Assembly: GCF_009834535.1 (NCBI RefSeq) | Contig: NC_045696.1 | Span: 95,978,001-96,042,000 of the forward strand | DNA: 64,000 nucleotides | Reading direction: 5' to 3' | From: Camelus ferus | Lineage: Eukaryota | Shown: positions 1-12,703 of the stretch, one piece after another | How positions within the stretch are numbered: the first letter of the stretch is position 1 | How the letters are laid out: each line of letters starts with the position of its first letter | Notes under the pieces: model-generated | What the model was told of the DNA's origin: nothing | The model's database searches: none | What the model saw: the letters and a program-made list of their open reading frames with translations, nothing else | Made by a program: the position numbers and the translations under genes

Positions 1-3000
1 CCACGCCTTTTTTTAAATTGGGATATAATTGACACATATCATTATATTAAATTCAGGTGTATCGCATTCAGTATTTGTATAATGTGAAATGATCACCACA
101 GTAAGTCTAGTTAATGTCCTTCACTGCATATGGTTACAGTTTTTTTCTTTTTGTGATGAGAAGTTCGAAGATCTATTCTCTTAGCGTAGCAGTTTTCAAA
201 TATATGATGCAGTATCATTAACTATATAGTAACCATGCTGTAAATTACATCTCCAGGACTTATTTTATAACTGGAACTTTGTACCTTTTGACCCCTTCAC
301 TCATTTTACCCACCCCTCACCCATCACTTCTGGCAACCACTAGTCGCTTCTTTGTGTCTATGAGTTTGGTTTGTTTTTTGGTTTGTTTTTAAGATTCCAC
401 ATAAAGTGAGGTCATAAACAGTATTTGTCTTTTTCTCTCTGACATTTCACTTAGCTTAATGTCCTTAATATCCATCAATGTGGCAAGATATTCTATTTAT
501 GGCTAAATAATATTTCATTGTGTGTGTATATATATATATATAAAGAGAGAGGAGTGTGTGTGTGTGTGTGTATATATATATATGTGTATATATATATCTC
601 ACTTTTTTTTAATCCATTTATCCATCAGTGGACACTTAGATTGTTTTCATATCTTGACTACTGTCAATAATGCTGCAGTGAACGGGGGAGTGCAGATAAC
701 TTTTCCAGTTAGTGTTTTTATTTCCTTTGGATAAATACCCACAAGTGGAATTGCTGAATCATATGGTAGTTCTATATTTAACTTTTTGAAGAACCTCCAC
801 ACTGTTCTCCACAGTGGCTGCACCAATATATATTCCCACCAACAGTTCATGAGGGTTCCCTTTTCTCCACATTCTCACAAACATTTGTCATTTCTTGTCT
901 TTTTTAATAATAGCTTTTCTAACGCCTGAAGTGATATCTCATTGTGGTTTTGATTTGCATTTCTCTGATGACTAGTGGTATTTAGCATCTTTTTATGTAC
1001 CTGTTGGCCATCTGTATATCTTCTTTGGAAAAATGTCTATTCAAACCCATTGCCAATTTTTTAATCAGATTGTTTGAGTTTTTTGCTAATGAATTGTATA
1101 AGTTTTTTATGTATTTTGGATGTTAAGATATGTTAAGCCCTTATCCAATAAATGATTTGCAAATATTTGCTCCCATTTTATCGTTTGCCTTTTAATTTTG
1201 TTGATGGTTTCCTTTGCTGTGCAGAAGCATCTCGGTTTGATGCCGTCCCACTTGCTTATTTTTACTTTTGTTTTTGCTTTTGGTGTCACATCCAAACAAT
1301 CAAGACCAATGTCAAGGCTCACTGCCTGTTTTTTTTATACGAGTTTTATGGTTTCATGTTCTGCATTCGAGTCTTTCATCCATTTTGAGTTTATTTTTGT
1401 GTTTGTGTAGGATAGTGCTCTAGGTTCATTCTTTTACAAGTAGCTGTCCAGTTTTCCCAATACCATTTACTGAAGAGGCTGTCTTTTCCCCATTGTGTAT
1501 TCTTGCCTCATTTCTTGCAGACTAATTGCCCAGATACATGTGAGTTTATTTATGGGCTCTCTGTTCTCTTCCATTGATCTATGTGTCTGTTTTTATGCCA
1601 GGACCATTCTGTTTTGATTACTGTAGTTTGTAATAGGATTAGAAATTAGGAAGCACAACGCCTCCAGCACTGTTCTTTCTCAGAATTGCTTAAGCTATTG
1701 GGGTCTTTTGTGGTTCAAAGCAAATTTTAGGGTTGTTCTATCCCTGTGAAAATGCCACTGGAATTTGATAAGGGTTGCGTTTTATCTGCAGGTCACTTTG
1801 GCTCGTGTGGACATTTGAGCAATATTCTAATCCATGGCCATTGAGTGTCTTTCCATTTATTTGTGTCATCTGCGATCTCATCAGTGTCTTATCAGTTTCA
1901 GTGTACAGGTCTTTCACCTTTTTGGTTAATTTTATACCAGAATATCTTATTCTTTTTAGTGCAATTGTAAATGGGATCGTTTTCTTAATTTCTCTTTTTG
2001 ATTCTTGGCATATAGAAATGCAACATTTTTGTATATTGATTTTGTATCCTGAAACTTTACTGAATTTAGTTATTTTAATAGTTTTTTGGATTTTCTATAA
2101 TATGTCGTCTGCAAATAGTGACAGTTTTACTTCTTCCTTTCTGATTTGGGTGACTTTTACTTCTTTTTCTTGTCTGCTTGCTGTGGCTAGGACTTTGAAC
2201 ACTATGTTGAATAAGAGTGTTGAGAGTCACCATTCTTGTTTCTGATCTTAGAGGAAAGGGTTTCAGCTTATAACTTTTGAGTATGATGTTAGCTGTGGGC
2301 TATGTCATATATGTCCTTTGTTATGTTGAAGTACATTCCCTCTTTGCCCACTTTGTTGAGAGTTTTTATTATAAATGGATGTTGAATTTTGTCAGTCTTT
2401 TTCTGCATCTGCTGAGATGATCATATAGTTTTTATTCTTCACTTTATTAATGTGTTATATCACATTGATTTTTGTGAATGTTGAACCATTACTGCATCCT
2501 TGGAATAAATCCCAGTTGGTTGTGGTGCATGATCCTTTTAATGTATTGTTGAATTTGGTTTGCTAATATTTTGTTGGAGATGTTTGCATCTATGTCCATC
2601 AGGGATATTGACCTATAATTTTCTTCTCTTGTAGGGTCCTTCTCTGGGTTTGGTTTCTGGGTGGTAATTGCCTCATAAAGTAAGTTTAGATTGGTTCCTT
2701 CTTTTCTATTTTTTGAAAGAGTTTGAGAAGGATTAGTATTAATTTTTCTTTAAATTTTTGGTGGAATTCACCAGTGACGCCATCACATCCTGGACTTTTG
2801 TTGTTAAGAGTTTTTTTTGATTACTGATTCAATATCCTTACTAGGAATTGGTCTGTTTAGATTTTCTATATTTCAAGATTCAGTCTTGGTAGGTGGTATA
2901 TTTCTAGGCTTTTATTCATTTCTTCTAAGTTGTCCAATTTGTTGGTGTATAATTGTTCAGAGTAGTCTTTCATGATCCTTTGTGTCTGTGGTATCAGTTA

Positions 3001-5503
3001 TAATGTCTCCTCTTCTACTTTGGTTTTATGTATCAGTCTTCTCTTTCTATGAGTCTACCTAGAGGTTTGTCTACTTTGTTTATCTTTTCAAACAGCTTTT
3101 AATTTTATTGATCTTTTCTGTTTTTTTAATTTCTATTTCATTTATTTTCACTCCATGTGTGTTTCCTTTTCTACTAACTTTGTTCTCTATCTAATTCCTT
3201 GAGGTATAAAGTTAAGTTGCTTATTTGAGATGTTTCTTGATGAAGACATTTAGAACTGCTTTTGCTGCAGCTTATAATTTTAGTGTGTGGTATTTTCATT
3301 TTAATTTCTCTCAAGATATTTTTTTATTTCCTTTTTGATTTTTTCTTTGACCCATTTGTTGTTTCAGTAGCATGTGTTTAATCTCCACATATTTGTGAAT
3401 TTTCCAGTTTTGTTCTTGTAATTGATTTTTAGTTTCATTAATGTTGTGATCAAAAAAGATTATTGATATGATTTTAATCTTAAATTTATTAAGACTTATT
3501 TTGTGGGCTAATATATGATCTATCCTAGAGAATGTACCATGTGCTCTTGAGAAGATGTATATTCTATTGTTTTTAGGTGGAATTTTCTGTATGTGTCTGT
3601 TAAATGTATCTGGTGTATTAAGGCCAATGTGTCCTTACTGATTTCTTTTTTTTTTTCTTTTTCTTTTTTTTTTTTTTTTTTCGGTCTGGACTATCTATTT
3701 ATTGAAGAAAAGCCGACTGTTAAGTCCCCTAATATCACTGTATTGTTGTCTATTTCTCCCTTTAGATCTGTTAATAATTTGCTTTACATATTAAGGGATC
3801 CAATGTTGGATGTATAAATACTTACAAATCCTATAGCCTCTTGTTGGATTGGCCCATTTATTATTAGATAATGGCTTTCTTTGTCTCTTATTACAGTCTT
3901 TGTCTTGAAATCTATTTTTTTCTGATACAAGTATAACTACCCTAGCCTCTCTTGGTTTGTATTTGCATGGAATATCTATTTCTATCCCTTCATTTTAAGT
4001 CTCTGTGTGTCCTTAACATCTGAAGTGAGTCTCTGATAGGCAGCTTCTAGATGGGTCTTGTTGATTTTGTTTGTTTGTTTGTTTTTCAGCCATTCAACTA
4101 CTATGTGTCATTTGATTGGACAATTTAGTATGTTATTCTTTGTGAATGGATGATTTTCTTAGTGCTATGCTTAGACTCCTTTCTCTTTCTCTTTTCTGTA
4201 TTTATCACAGGGTTTTGCTTTGTGGTTACCACGTGGCTTATATAAAACAATTTGTATTCATAATTGTCTCTTTTAAGTTTGTAACACCTTAAGTCTGAAT
4301 GCATTCTAAAGCTCTACATTTTTACTCTATCCCCTCACATTTCATTTTAGACATCACAGTTTACATCTTTTTATCTTGTGTATCCATTAACAAATCTTTC
4401 TAGTGTTAGTTATTACTACTTTTATCTTTCAGTCTTCATACTAGCACTATAAGTGATTAACTCACCACCTTTACAACATTAGGTTGTTCTGAATTTTACT
4501 ATGTATTTAACTTTACCAGAAAGAGTTATACTTTCATATGTTTTTCTTGTTACTAACTTCTTTTCAATTTAAAGAAGTTCCTGTAATATTTCTTGTAAGG
4601 CCAGTCTAATGTTAATGAACTCCTTTAGTTTTTACTTGTTGGGAAAACTTTTCTTTCAGCACTTGCTTAAAAACTTTTCTTTCTGCACTTAATTGCCTTA
4701 AATTGCCTTCACTTTTTTCATTCTTTTTTCTTTATGCTTCTCTGACTGGGTGAGTTCAATTACCATTTTCAAGTTTGTGGATCCATTCTTCTGCTTCATC
4801 CAGTCTGTTGTTGAACCCTTCTAGTGTATTCTTTCAGTTCAGATACTGCATTCTTCAGCTCTGAATTCAATTTGGTCCATTCTTATATTTTCTGTTTCTT
4901 TGCTGAAATTCTCACTGTGTTCACCCACTCTTCTCCTGAGCTCAGTGAGTATCTTGATGACCATCATTTTAAACTCTTTATCATGTAAATCACTTATCTC
5001 CATTAAGGTCTTTTTCTGTGGTTTTATCTTGTTCCTTTGTTTGAAATATATTCCTCTTTTTCTTCATTTTCCTCCCCCTCTGTTTTGGTTTCTCTGCATT
5101 AGCTAAAACAACCACCTCTTCTAGTCTTAAAGGAGTGGCCTCATATAGATGGTCAACCCTGTTGGCTCTTGATTGTCTCTCAAAACTCTGCTTACCCAAG
5201 CAGCCAACTTTGTCCTTAGTGGCTTGAAGTAGTCAAGGGTGTGCAAAGACCTGTCAGTGTCCCAAAGAGGAATATTTCATTAGGCATCTAGATTCGGGCT
5301 GACTAGAAGCCAGACCCTCAGGCAGCAGGTTTTAAAGTATGCAAATGTAACTCTTTAAGAGAAAGACTGTGAGATGGGCATTTCTGTCTACTCCCTTTGC
5401 ATTGAGCCCTGGAGTAACAGCAGTTAAGAACTGTTGTGTTGTTTGCTACCATCCTGCTGAATCTGTAAACACAAAGCCCCACCGGCCACCAAATCTAGGC
5501 CAT

Positions 5504-5977
5504 CGTCGACTGAAATAAATGCGCAGCCTGAAAGTTGAGAGTTATGTTTTATTTGGCAGGAGGACTTGAGCCAGGATGACAGCCTCTCAGATCGCTCTGA
5601 GGGACTGCTCCGAAGAGGTAGGGGAGGAGCTAGGATATAGGAGCTTTACAACAAAGATTGAGTAGTTGGAACAATAAAAGATTACTTGTTATCTAAAGAA
5701 AAGGCACCCCAAGTTAAAGAATTTAGTGCTATTCTATGTATGGGAGGAAGCAAACATTTGGGCTCACTGAATTCATTCCTTTGACAAGCTCCTAGCTATC
5801 TAGCGCCAGTATCCTGTCCTTTCTTATTCTGAGTCCCCTCAGGGTACGCCATTGTGAGTGGCTGCAGAGGCTGGGCTGCAGGCTTGTCTTCACTGGGGGG
5901 TGCCAACCGCAGCTGAAGACTTGATGTTTTCAGCATTCTTTGTTTACTGATATGATTTGCAATATTTTTCATTCGCA
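5504..5977 (-). mobile_element. Solo ERV LTR (ERV1-like)
   Basis: Flanked by CCAT at 5500-5503 and 5978-5981; ends in CA. Minus-strand AATAAA (tttatt, 5548-5553) lies near one end. Removing it restores the host L1 5'UTR unit (aggccatcaagggatg). Confidence 0.8.
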
Positions 5978-6768
5978 CCATCAAGGGATGTGTCTTCTGG
6001 AGGCAGCTACAAAAAGCAGGTCACCAGATATGTACACAAGTTCCTTTTTCAGAGATACCAGCAACCTGGGTTAGGGCAGAGGGAGGCACCCCTCTGCACT
6101 AGGGTGCCTCCCTCTGCCTCCCTAGTCTCTGGAGAGGACTGTAGTTAGCCCTCAGATCTGTGTTTAAGTATGCACCTCAGACCACAGCTAGGAAGACAAG
6201 CTAATAGGCCTCTTTCACAGGAAGACTGGGGTGTGTTTTAGTTTGCTGCGTCTGTGCTGTGCGGTCATTAAGAACTGTTTGTCCATTTGTTACAGTGTTC
6301 TGGGACCTACAAACAGAAGCCCTTCTAGCCACCAGAGCCAGGTGACCAAGGGATGTTCCCTGGGTGGCAGCTGTAAACAGGGCACTGTATGTGTGCACAA
6401 GTTCCTTTCTAATAGATACTGGTGACCGGCAGTGAGGCAGAGGGAGAAGGTGAAAATAGTACCCACTGTCCGAAGCCTCTGGAGAGGATTATAGTAGGCC
6501 TTTAGATGTACTTTTAGTTAGAAGCCTGCTTCTCAGGCCGTAGTTATGAAGATAAGCAAATAGGCCTCTTTCACAGGACGACTGAGTGCGTTTCAGTCAG
6601 CTGCCTCTGCTTTGGTCATTGAGGGATAGCCAGGTAAGTCTGTGCAAGCCCTGAAGGAACTGTTCACTGGAGCTTGTGGGCCTTGTGGATACAAGTCCTC
6701 TTGGCTTTCAAAGCTGTATGTTTTGGAGGCTCGTCTCTCAGGGGCAGGTCTTAAAAGTTGGGATGCCT

Positions 6769-7120
6769 CAAAAAACAAAAAGACAAATGAAGTTATTTGC
6801 AAAACAGAAACAGACTCTCAACATAGAGTACAAGCTTGTGGTTACCCAGCGGGGAGGGGGGTTGGAGGGAATAAATTGGGAGTTAGAGATTTGCAGATAC
6901 TGACTGATATATATAGACTAGATAAATAACAAGTTCATGCTGTATAGCACAGGGAACTATATTAGAATTCTTGTAATAACTTATGGTGAAAAAGAACATG
7001 AAAACGAATATATGTATGTTCATATATGACTGAAACATTATGCTGTACACCAGAAATTGACACAACATTGTGAACTGACTATACTTCAATAAAAAAAATA
7101 TATATATATACAAAAAAAAA
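6769..7120 (+). mobile_element. Young 5'-truncated L1 (3'UTR and poly-A)
   Basis: Perfect 16-bp TSD AAAAGTTGGGATGCCT (6753-6768, 7121-7136) at a TT/AAAA endonuclease site. AATAAA followed by an A-rich tail. Confidence 0.9.
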
Positions 7121-7639
7121 AAAAGTTGGGATGCCTGATAATGGAGTTCAGATCTTTAACTCCTCAGGGAAGCTCAGAGTTGTGAGTTCCCTTCCACTTG
7201 TAGGTTCCCATGGCAGGGCTGGGGATACAGTGAGATTATGTTTCAGCCTCTCCTACCTATTTCAGTGTGGGGTTTTTCTCACTCACCCAATGTGTAGAAG
7301 TTATTCATCTAGTTGTTAGGTTTCTTTCAGAGGAAATGTTTCTATATGTAGCTGTAGATTTGGTGCGTCTATAGGAAGAAATCAGTTTAGGATACTCCGA
7401 CATTGCCATTTTGAACTAGAACTGCAGGCTTTTTAAGCTTTACTTCATAATTATTAAATAAATATACTCAGAAGCAATAGAACAAGCAATAATGGACTTT
7501 CATTGTCTTTGTGCTTCTGGTGGTTACAAAAGTGAAGCATCACAATTGTGAGCAACTTCTAAGTATAAATATTAAGTGTTTTTCTAAGTATAAAATATTA
7601 AGTGTTTATCAGTTATGCCTCAGAATGAGCCTTTGACTC

Positions 7640-8460
7640 TGCCTCTGAAGATTAGGTGCAGGTCCTTTCAAAGACCTGGAACTAGATATGACCTTTGGCA
7701 ACTATTAAGGATCCCATAAATTTCTATCTCTGCCAACTCATGGGATCAGGCAAAGTGGGAAGGAGATATTAGAGTGATCTGAAACCCAGGAGGCAGGAGA
7801 AATCATGAGAGGGATCCTAGTTGCTCTGATGATTTCAAATCTCTTGCCCTGGCTAAACTACATCTCAGGGAACATGGAGAGTGTATGGCTGTAATTACTG
7901 AACCGCTGTGGAAAACAGGAAACCATGGAAAACCGGAGAGGTGCCAGGAGACTGAAGAATGGAAAATGTTGTTCCCACTGTCAGAATGGGAAGGAGTTAG
8001 ATTTATTGGATTACAGATCAGAGGACTTGACAAAAATCCTAGAGGAGATTTTTTTTTTTTTTTTAAGAATACATGAACACTTAGAAAAGGAAGCAGTGAA
8101 GACCAGAATTAGAATGGCCTCATCAAAAAAAAAAAAGTCACTGCAGACTAACATCTTTGCTCGGTTTTTGACAGTATCACTAAATTGGTAGGTGGAAGAA
8201 AACATATTACAAGCTAGATTTTAACAAGTTGTTAGTAAATTGTTACGTGATCGCCTCATTATACAATGTGGAGGGGGAGATGGACCAGATACTGGAACAA
8301 TTAGCTGTGAGTGATTGAATGATGACATCCCCATCCAAAGGGCGCAGACTAACCTACTGATGAGCTTCAGTCTTTCTTCCTGGCCTCATCCTCATCAATA
8401 TTTTTCTATGATTTTGACCAAAAATCAATAGCCTGTTATTAGCAAATTTCAGGTGAAAGT
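7640..8460 (+). mobile_element. Ancient CR1/L3-like LINE fragment
   Basis: Degenerate resemblance to CR1 reverse-transcriptase-region sequence (aagtcactgcagactaacatc...tttttgacag); recall only. Confidence 0.35.
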
Positions 8461-9567
8461 TACAAATCTTTAGGCATCTGTTTTTCTACTGTTGAGATGA
8501 AGTGACTCAAGCTGATTCTATATTACATAAGTTACTATAGATCGTGCTCTGTACTGAGTAAATCCAAACCTCCTTCTCTAGCCATAGCTGACTGGCTAAG
8601 ATCACAGTGCATGAGCCAAAGCAACTATGCATGTAATCAGCCCTATGGAGGCAGAAAGACTGCTTTTGAGATGGCTTACCCAAGAAAATCTTCCTTAGGG
8701 GCTTCCCATATTAAATACATGCAGATAGGCCCAATCAAATATTGTTATTGGAAAGAATAAATGCTAGAATAAAAAATAAATATATTTTTAATTTTGTACT
8801 TTTTCAAGACTACAGTTATTTTTAAAATTCTCATTTTTGTAAGCAATGACATTTTATACACAAATCTATGTAAAAAAATCTATGTAAGTTCTTCTTTAAA
8901 TACATCAAAGGAATATATTTTTTCTCTCCAGGTGGTTTAGCACCTTCCCACATTTGTTTCTCTTACTGTCTAAGGTGCCAAAATTGAGAACTACAGCTAG
9001 AACTGAACCTAATTCTTAACATATCCCACATAAATGAGATATGTGAATTTTTGCTTTAAAACGTTGAGTTTTATTGTGTTTATTTTTAGCTTTATTGGGG
9101 TATAATTGACAGACAAACTTGTAACATGTTTAAAGTGTACAATGTGATGATTTAATATACATGTACGTTGTGAAAAGATTCCCATAATCAAAGAAAAAAT
9201 TTAAATTCTGTAGTTCGGGGATCTAGCCTTTATTAGGCCTGCTGTTTTATAAAAGCAGTAGGACCCAGAATGACAGTTCTTGTAATCTTCAACAACAAAG
9301 ATAATTTGCCTGTGTCATAATGTTAAAGGGGCTGACTTAACTGCAATTTAAGGATCAGACAAAACTAGAAGAATAGTTAATGTGATATACTATAGAATTA
9401 AGACTTTAAAAGACTGATGTGTTGCAATAATGAGCCAAATTTAACAAAATGAGCTTGAAAGGGGAAAGAAAAGAGAAAACAACATCTTTTGAGCTCCTAT
9501 TCAAATCAGGTACTTTAGATTTAACATCTCATTTAACAGGAACAAATGTTAAGCTTTATATTACAAT

Positions 9568-10632
9568 CAGAGGGCAGATTTAAAATGAGTCTGTTTGAAA
9601 ATTAAGTTTTAGGGCCCTTATTTGCATGTACCCTTTACAAAGCTGTCATGTAGAGCCACAGTGATAGGGTTGCCAAATGAAAAACAAGATGCCCAGTTAA
9701 ATTTGAATTTCAGATAAACAGTGAATAATTCTTAGTGTAAGTATATCCCAAGCATCCTTTATTTTTATTTGCTAGTTAAATCCTACACAGGGACGAATCA
9801 GCACCCCGGATTGGGGGATCATCCTCTCTGCGCTCTTGCTGGTCTTAGATCCGTAGATGAGGTTTACAGGCTATCAGCTGTACCTCCACATCCTCCAGGC
9901 CCCAGTGGCAATTCTGTTGCAGGGGGACTTCATAGAGTAACCAGATTCTGATTCCAAGGAAAAGAACATGAATGAAATTCTGCCCTGCTCCCTACTCAAA
10001 GGTCATTGATAGACGGTGGTACTTCACCATCTCCTTCCCCACCCACAGCAGGACTAGTGGCAGAGGTGGGACAGGAAACAGCAACAGCTAGGACTTAGAC
10101 ACAAGCTACCAAGGAACATCCAGATTGAGATCAAAGAGCTTCAGTCATCTAAGGATCTGCCCCTGCAAGCAGTGCCATCTCAGTGAAATTGGAACTATAG
10201 TTACTTATGTTACATTATCAGTCATGAGCTGTAAAGCTGAAGGAAACTGCTAAACCATCAGTAACTTTCAAATGAAATTGACCATTTAAGGGAAGGCTGG
10301 ATTACTTTTTCTACTCTCTCCAGTGAAAATACTACAAAACTGCTGTGATAGGATACGGCAACCATAGGATGTGCAACCAAAAAAGAAAAATGAGTACTTT
10401 AGAGGTGTGTGAGGAGTTAATTTATCAAAATTAAAGTATTATTAATTTTCTAGATTTGTGATATTTATAGCAAGATTTACCATCATTTATATATTTGTAG
10501 TTGCTTATAATTTTTCAAATTTAATTATTAACCTTTGTCTCTAATCTGTATTCACAATATTCTATGCTTTCACTTAAAAGTCCTTCAAAATTGTATGAGC
10601 TTTAAGCCCCACAAAACTCGGGTCAGTCCCTG
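9568..10632. mobile_element. hAT-Tip100-like (Arthur/MER69-type) DNA transposon relic with nested MER53-like element (~9666-9785)
   Basis: Degenerate terminal inverted repeats cagagggcagattt ... gggtcagtccctg. Internal agggttgcca...gatgcccagttaaatttgaatttcagataaaca is MER53-like. Confidence 0.5.
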
Positions 10633-12512
10633 AATAAAATAAATGAATAGAATAAAAACTGCAGCCAGAAGAAAGAATGAACAGAGTGAAAATGGAGAGT
10701 CTATTGGTGTGTTTCAGGTTCAGTGTTAATAATGATAGTTGATATTTATTAAGAGCTTTTTGTATGTGGGTACTATGTAAAGAGCTTAACCTACAGCATT
10801 GCACTTCATCAGCATGAACTAGGAGAAAAGCACTCTAAAAGCATTATCTCTGTGACGGAAAGAAACTGATGCTCAAAAATGTCAAGTAATTTGCTCAGGT
10901 TAGATATCGATTCATTGCTGGAGATAAAATCCAAGCCCGGGTTACCAAAATAATACTCTTTCCTCCTTTTCCTCCTTCTCATTCATCTTCCTTTCTTTTA
11001 CGTTAGAAATAATTTTTGGGGGGAGAGACAGTTAATTCTGGGACTTAAATACTTATATGCTTTTTTAGCACTCAATTAACTCACTTTTATTGGGTATGTA
11101 CCATCCAAAGTAACTCAAAAGCTACCTTAAACTCAAAAGTTATTCCAGAGACATGTAAATATCTTTTCATTTTGCTGCTATATAGAGAAGCCCTTATACC
11201 TACTCTTCAAAAATGTATCGTCCCAGAAAAAAACTCTGGTATTTTGTTTTTTCACTGGAAATGGATGCCCTCATAGCCATCCTTAAAGAGAGAATGGGCC
11301 GTCTGAGAATGGAAGCAGTATGGAGCCTGAGTGAGCCAAAGGAGGAGTGAATCCAGCTCCCAGTGGTGTCCTCTGGGCCTGTTCAGCTAAGTGAGATGAA
11401 AATCTTCCTATTTGCCTAAGCCAGGTTAGGCTGAGTTTCCTGTCATTTACATCCAAAAGAATCCTGACAGATACAAGTTTCCAAAGAGGAAAGTGACTAT
11501 GTGGGAATCGGTAATGGGTTTTGCAGCCAGTAGGATAAAGTGATGCTAGCTATTTTTGTTTTTAAGTCTTTCCTACAGATCCTACCAAAACTCAGAAAGA
11601 CCAGATTTGTACAGGGTTTAGGTCAACACTTAACTTTGACTTAACACTGCTCAGTCATCACTCACTTGCTCTCCCCTTCACACACATCATACTCTGACTA
11701 AGACAGTGACAGCAGGAAAGCACACACATCCTCCTCAAAGCATCTGATGCAGAAGGTGGGAGGAAGGACTTCCCTCAGGGACTGGGTGAAGATGAGGAAG
11801 TACAGCCTCATTAGAGATAACCAGGATGATGAGAATGAAAGAAAGGAAGAATACTGAAGTAAATCTGGAAGCAAATGTTCCTGAAAAGGAAAAAAATGAA
11901 ATCAATGAGAAAGAACATCAAGGGGAAAATGACAATTGTTTTTTAGAAGTAGAGGACCTAGACCCTACAGAACTTGTGTAGAAAAAAGTTAACAGATAAA
12001 CCATGGATCAGAAAATTACTAGGTGAGGCTAAACTTCAATTAACAATAAAAATTTTGTGATAATAATAAAGTCTATGGAGTAGATGCTATGAACACATCT
12101 TGAAGACTTCATAGTTTTAAAAAACAACGTGAAAAATTTCTACATTATATCAAGATTGTTTGAAGCTTATTTGGCTGCTTTATATATCTGAGAAGTAATT
12201 TCTCTTTCATTCCCTAAGGCAGCAATAGGACTACTGCTATTACAGAATTGCTATTTACTTTCCTGTCCAAGACATGCGTAACAAACTGGACCAATTAAAT
12301 ACACTTTGGCAAATTGTGTTAACAATTATGGGCTCTGTGATGTTTTAGAAAACATTTAATTTAATAAAGTCACTGTTCTAAGACAGAAATTTGGGCAGGA
12401 TTAGCTGGCAACTACAAAATACATCAATAAAATTCTGAATGTCTCAAAAAGGTACATCACAATGTGTTACAACCTACCACGTTTTTCCGAAGCCAAGAGC
12501 TGTATGGAAGTA

Positions 12513-12703
12513 CAGCTGTCCCTTAAACAATATGGGTTTGGACTGCAAGGGTCCATTTATTCTTGGATATTTTTCAATAGTAAATACTGCAGTACTACAT
12601 GGTCCTTGGTTGGTTGAATCCAAGGATGTGGGTGAACTGTGGATATGGAAGGCTGACTATAAGTATGTGCAGATTAACCCCTGTTTTGGTCAAGGGTCAG
12701 TTG
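12513..12703. mobile_element. MER8-like TcMar-Tigger MITE
   Basis: Terminal inverted repeats CAGCTGTCCCTTAAACAA / TTGGTCAAGGGTCAGTTG with TA on both sides. Confidence 0.8.

Larger units (their letters stand above)
8..7423 (-). mobile_element. Decayed near-full-length LINE-1 (L1MA9-like 3' end) with internal deletions and two nested insertions
   Basis: Poly-T and 3'UTR at the left end. Minus-strand ORF2 remnants [33 protein letters not shown] (647-850) and KWDGIKPRCFCTAKETINK (1107-1322). Repetitive 5'UTR-like region ~5200-7420. Confidence 0.9.

Noticed and set aside
7557..7607. Two-copy ~25-bp tandem duplication (similar 21-bp duplication at 17886-17927)
   Set aside because: Ordinary slippage duplications with no spacer structure; not a CRISPR-like array.
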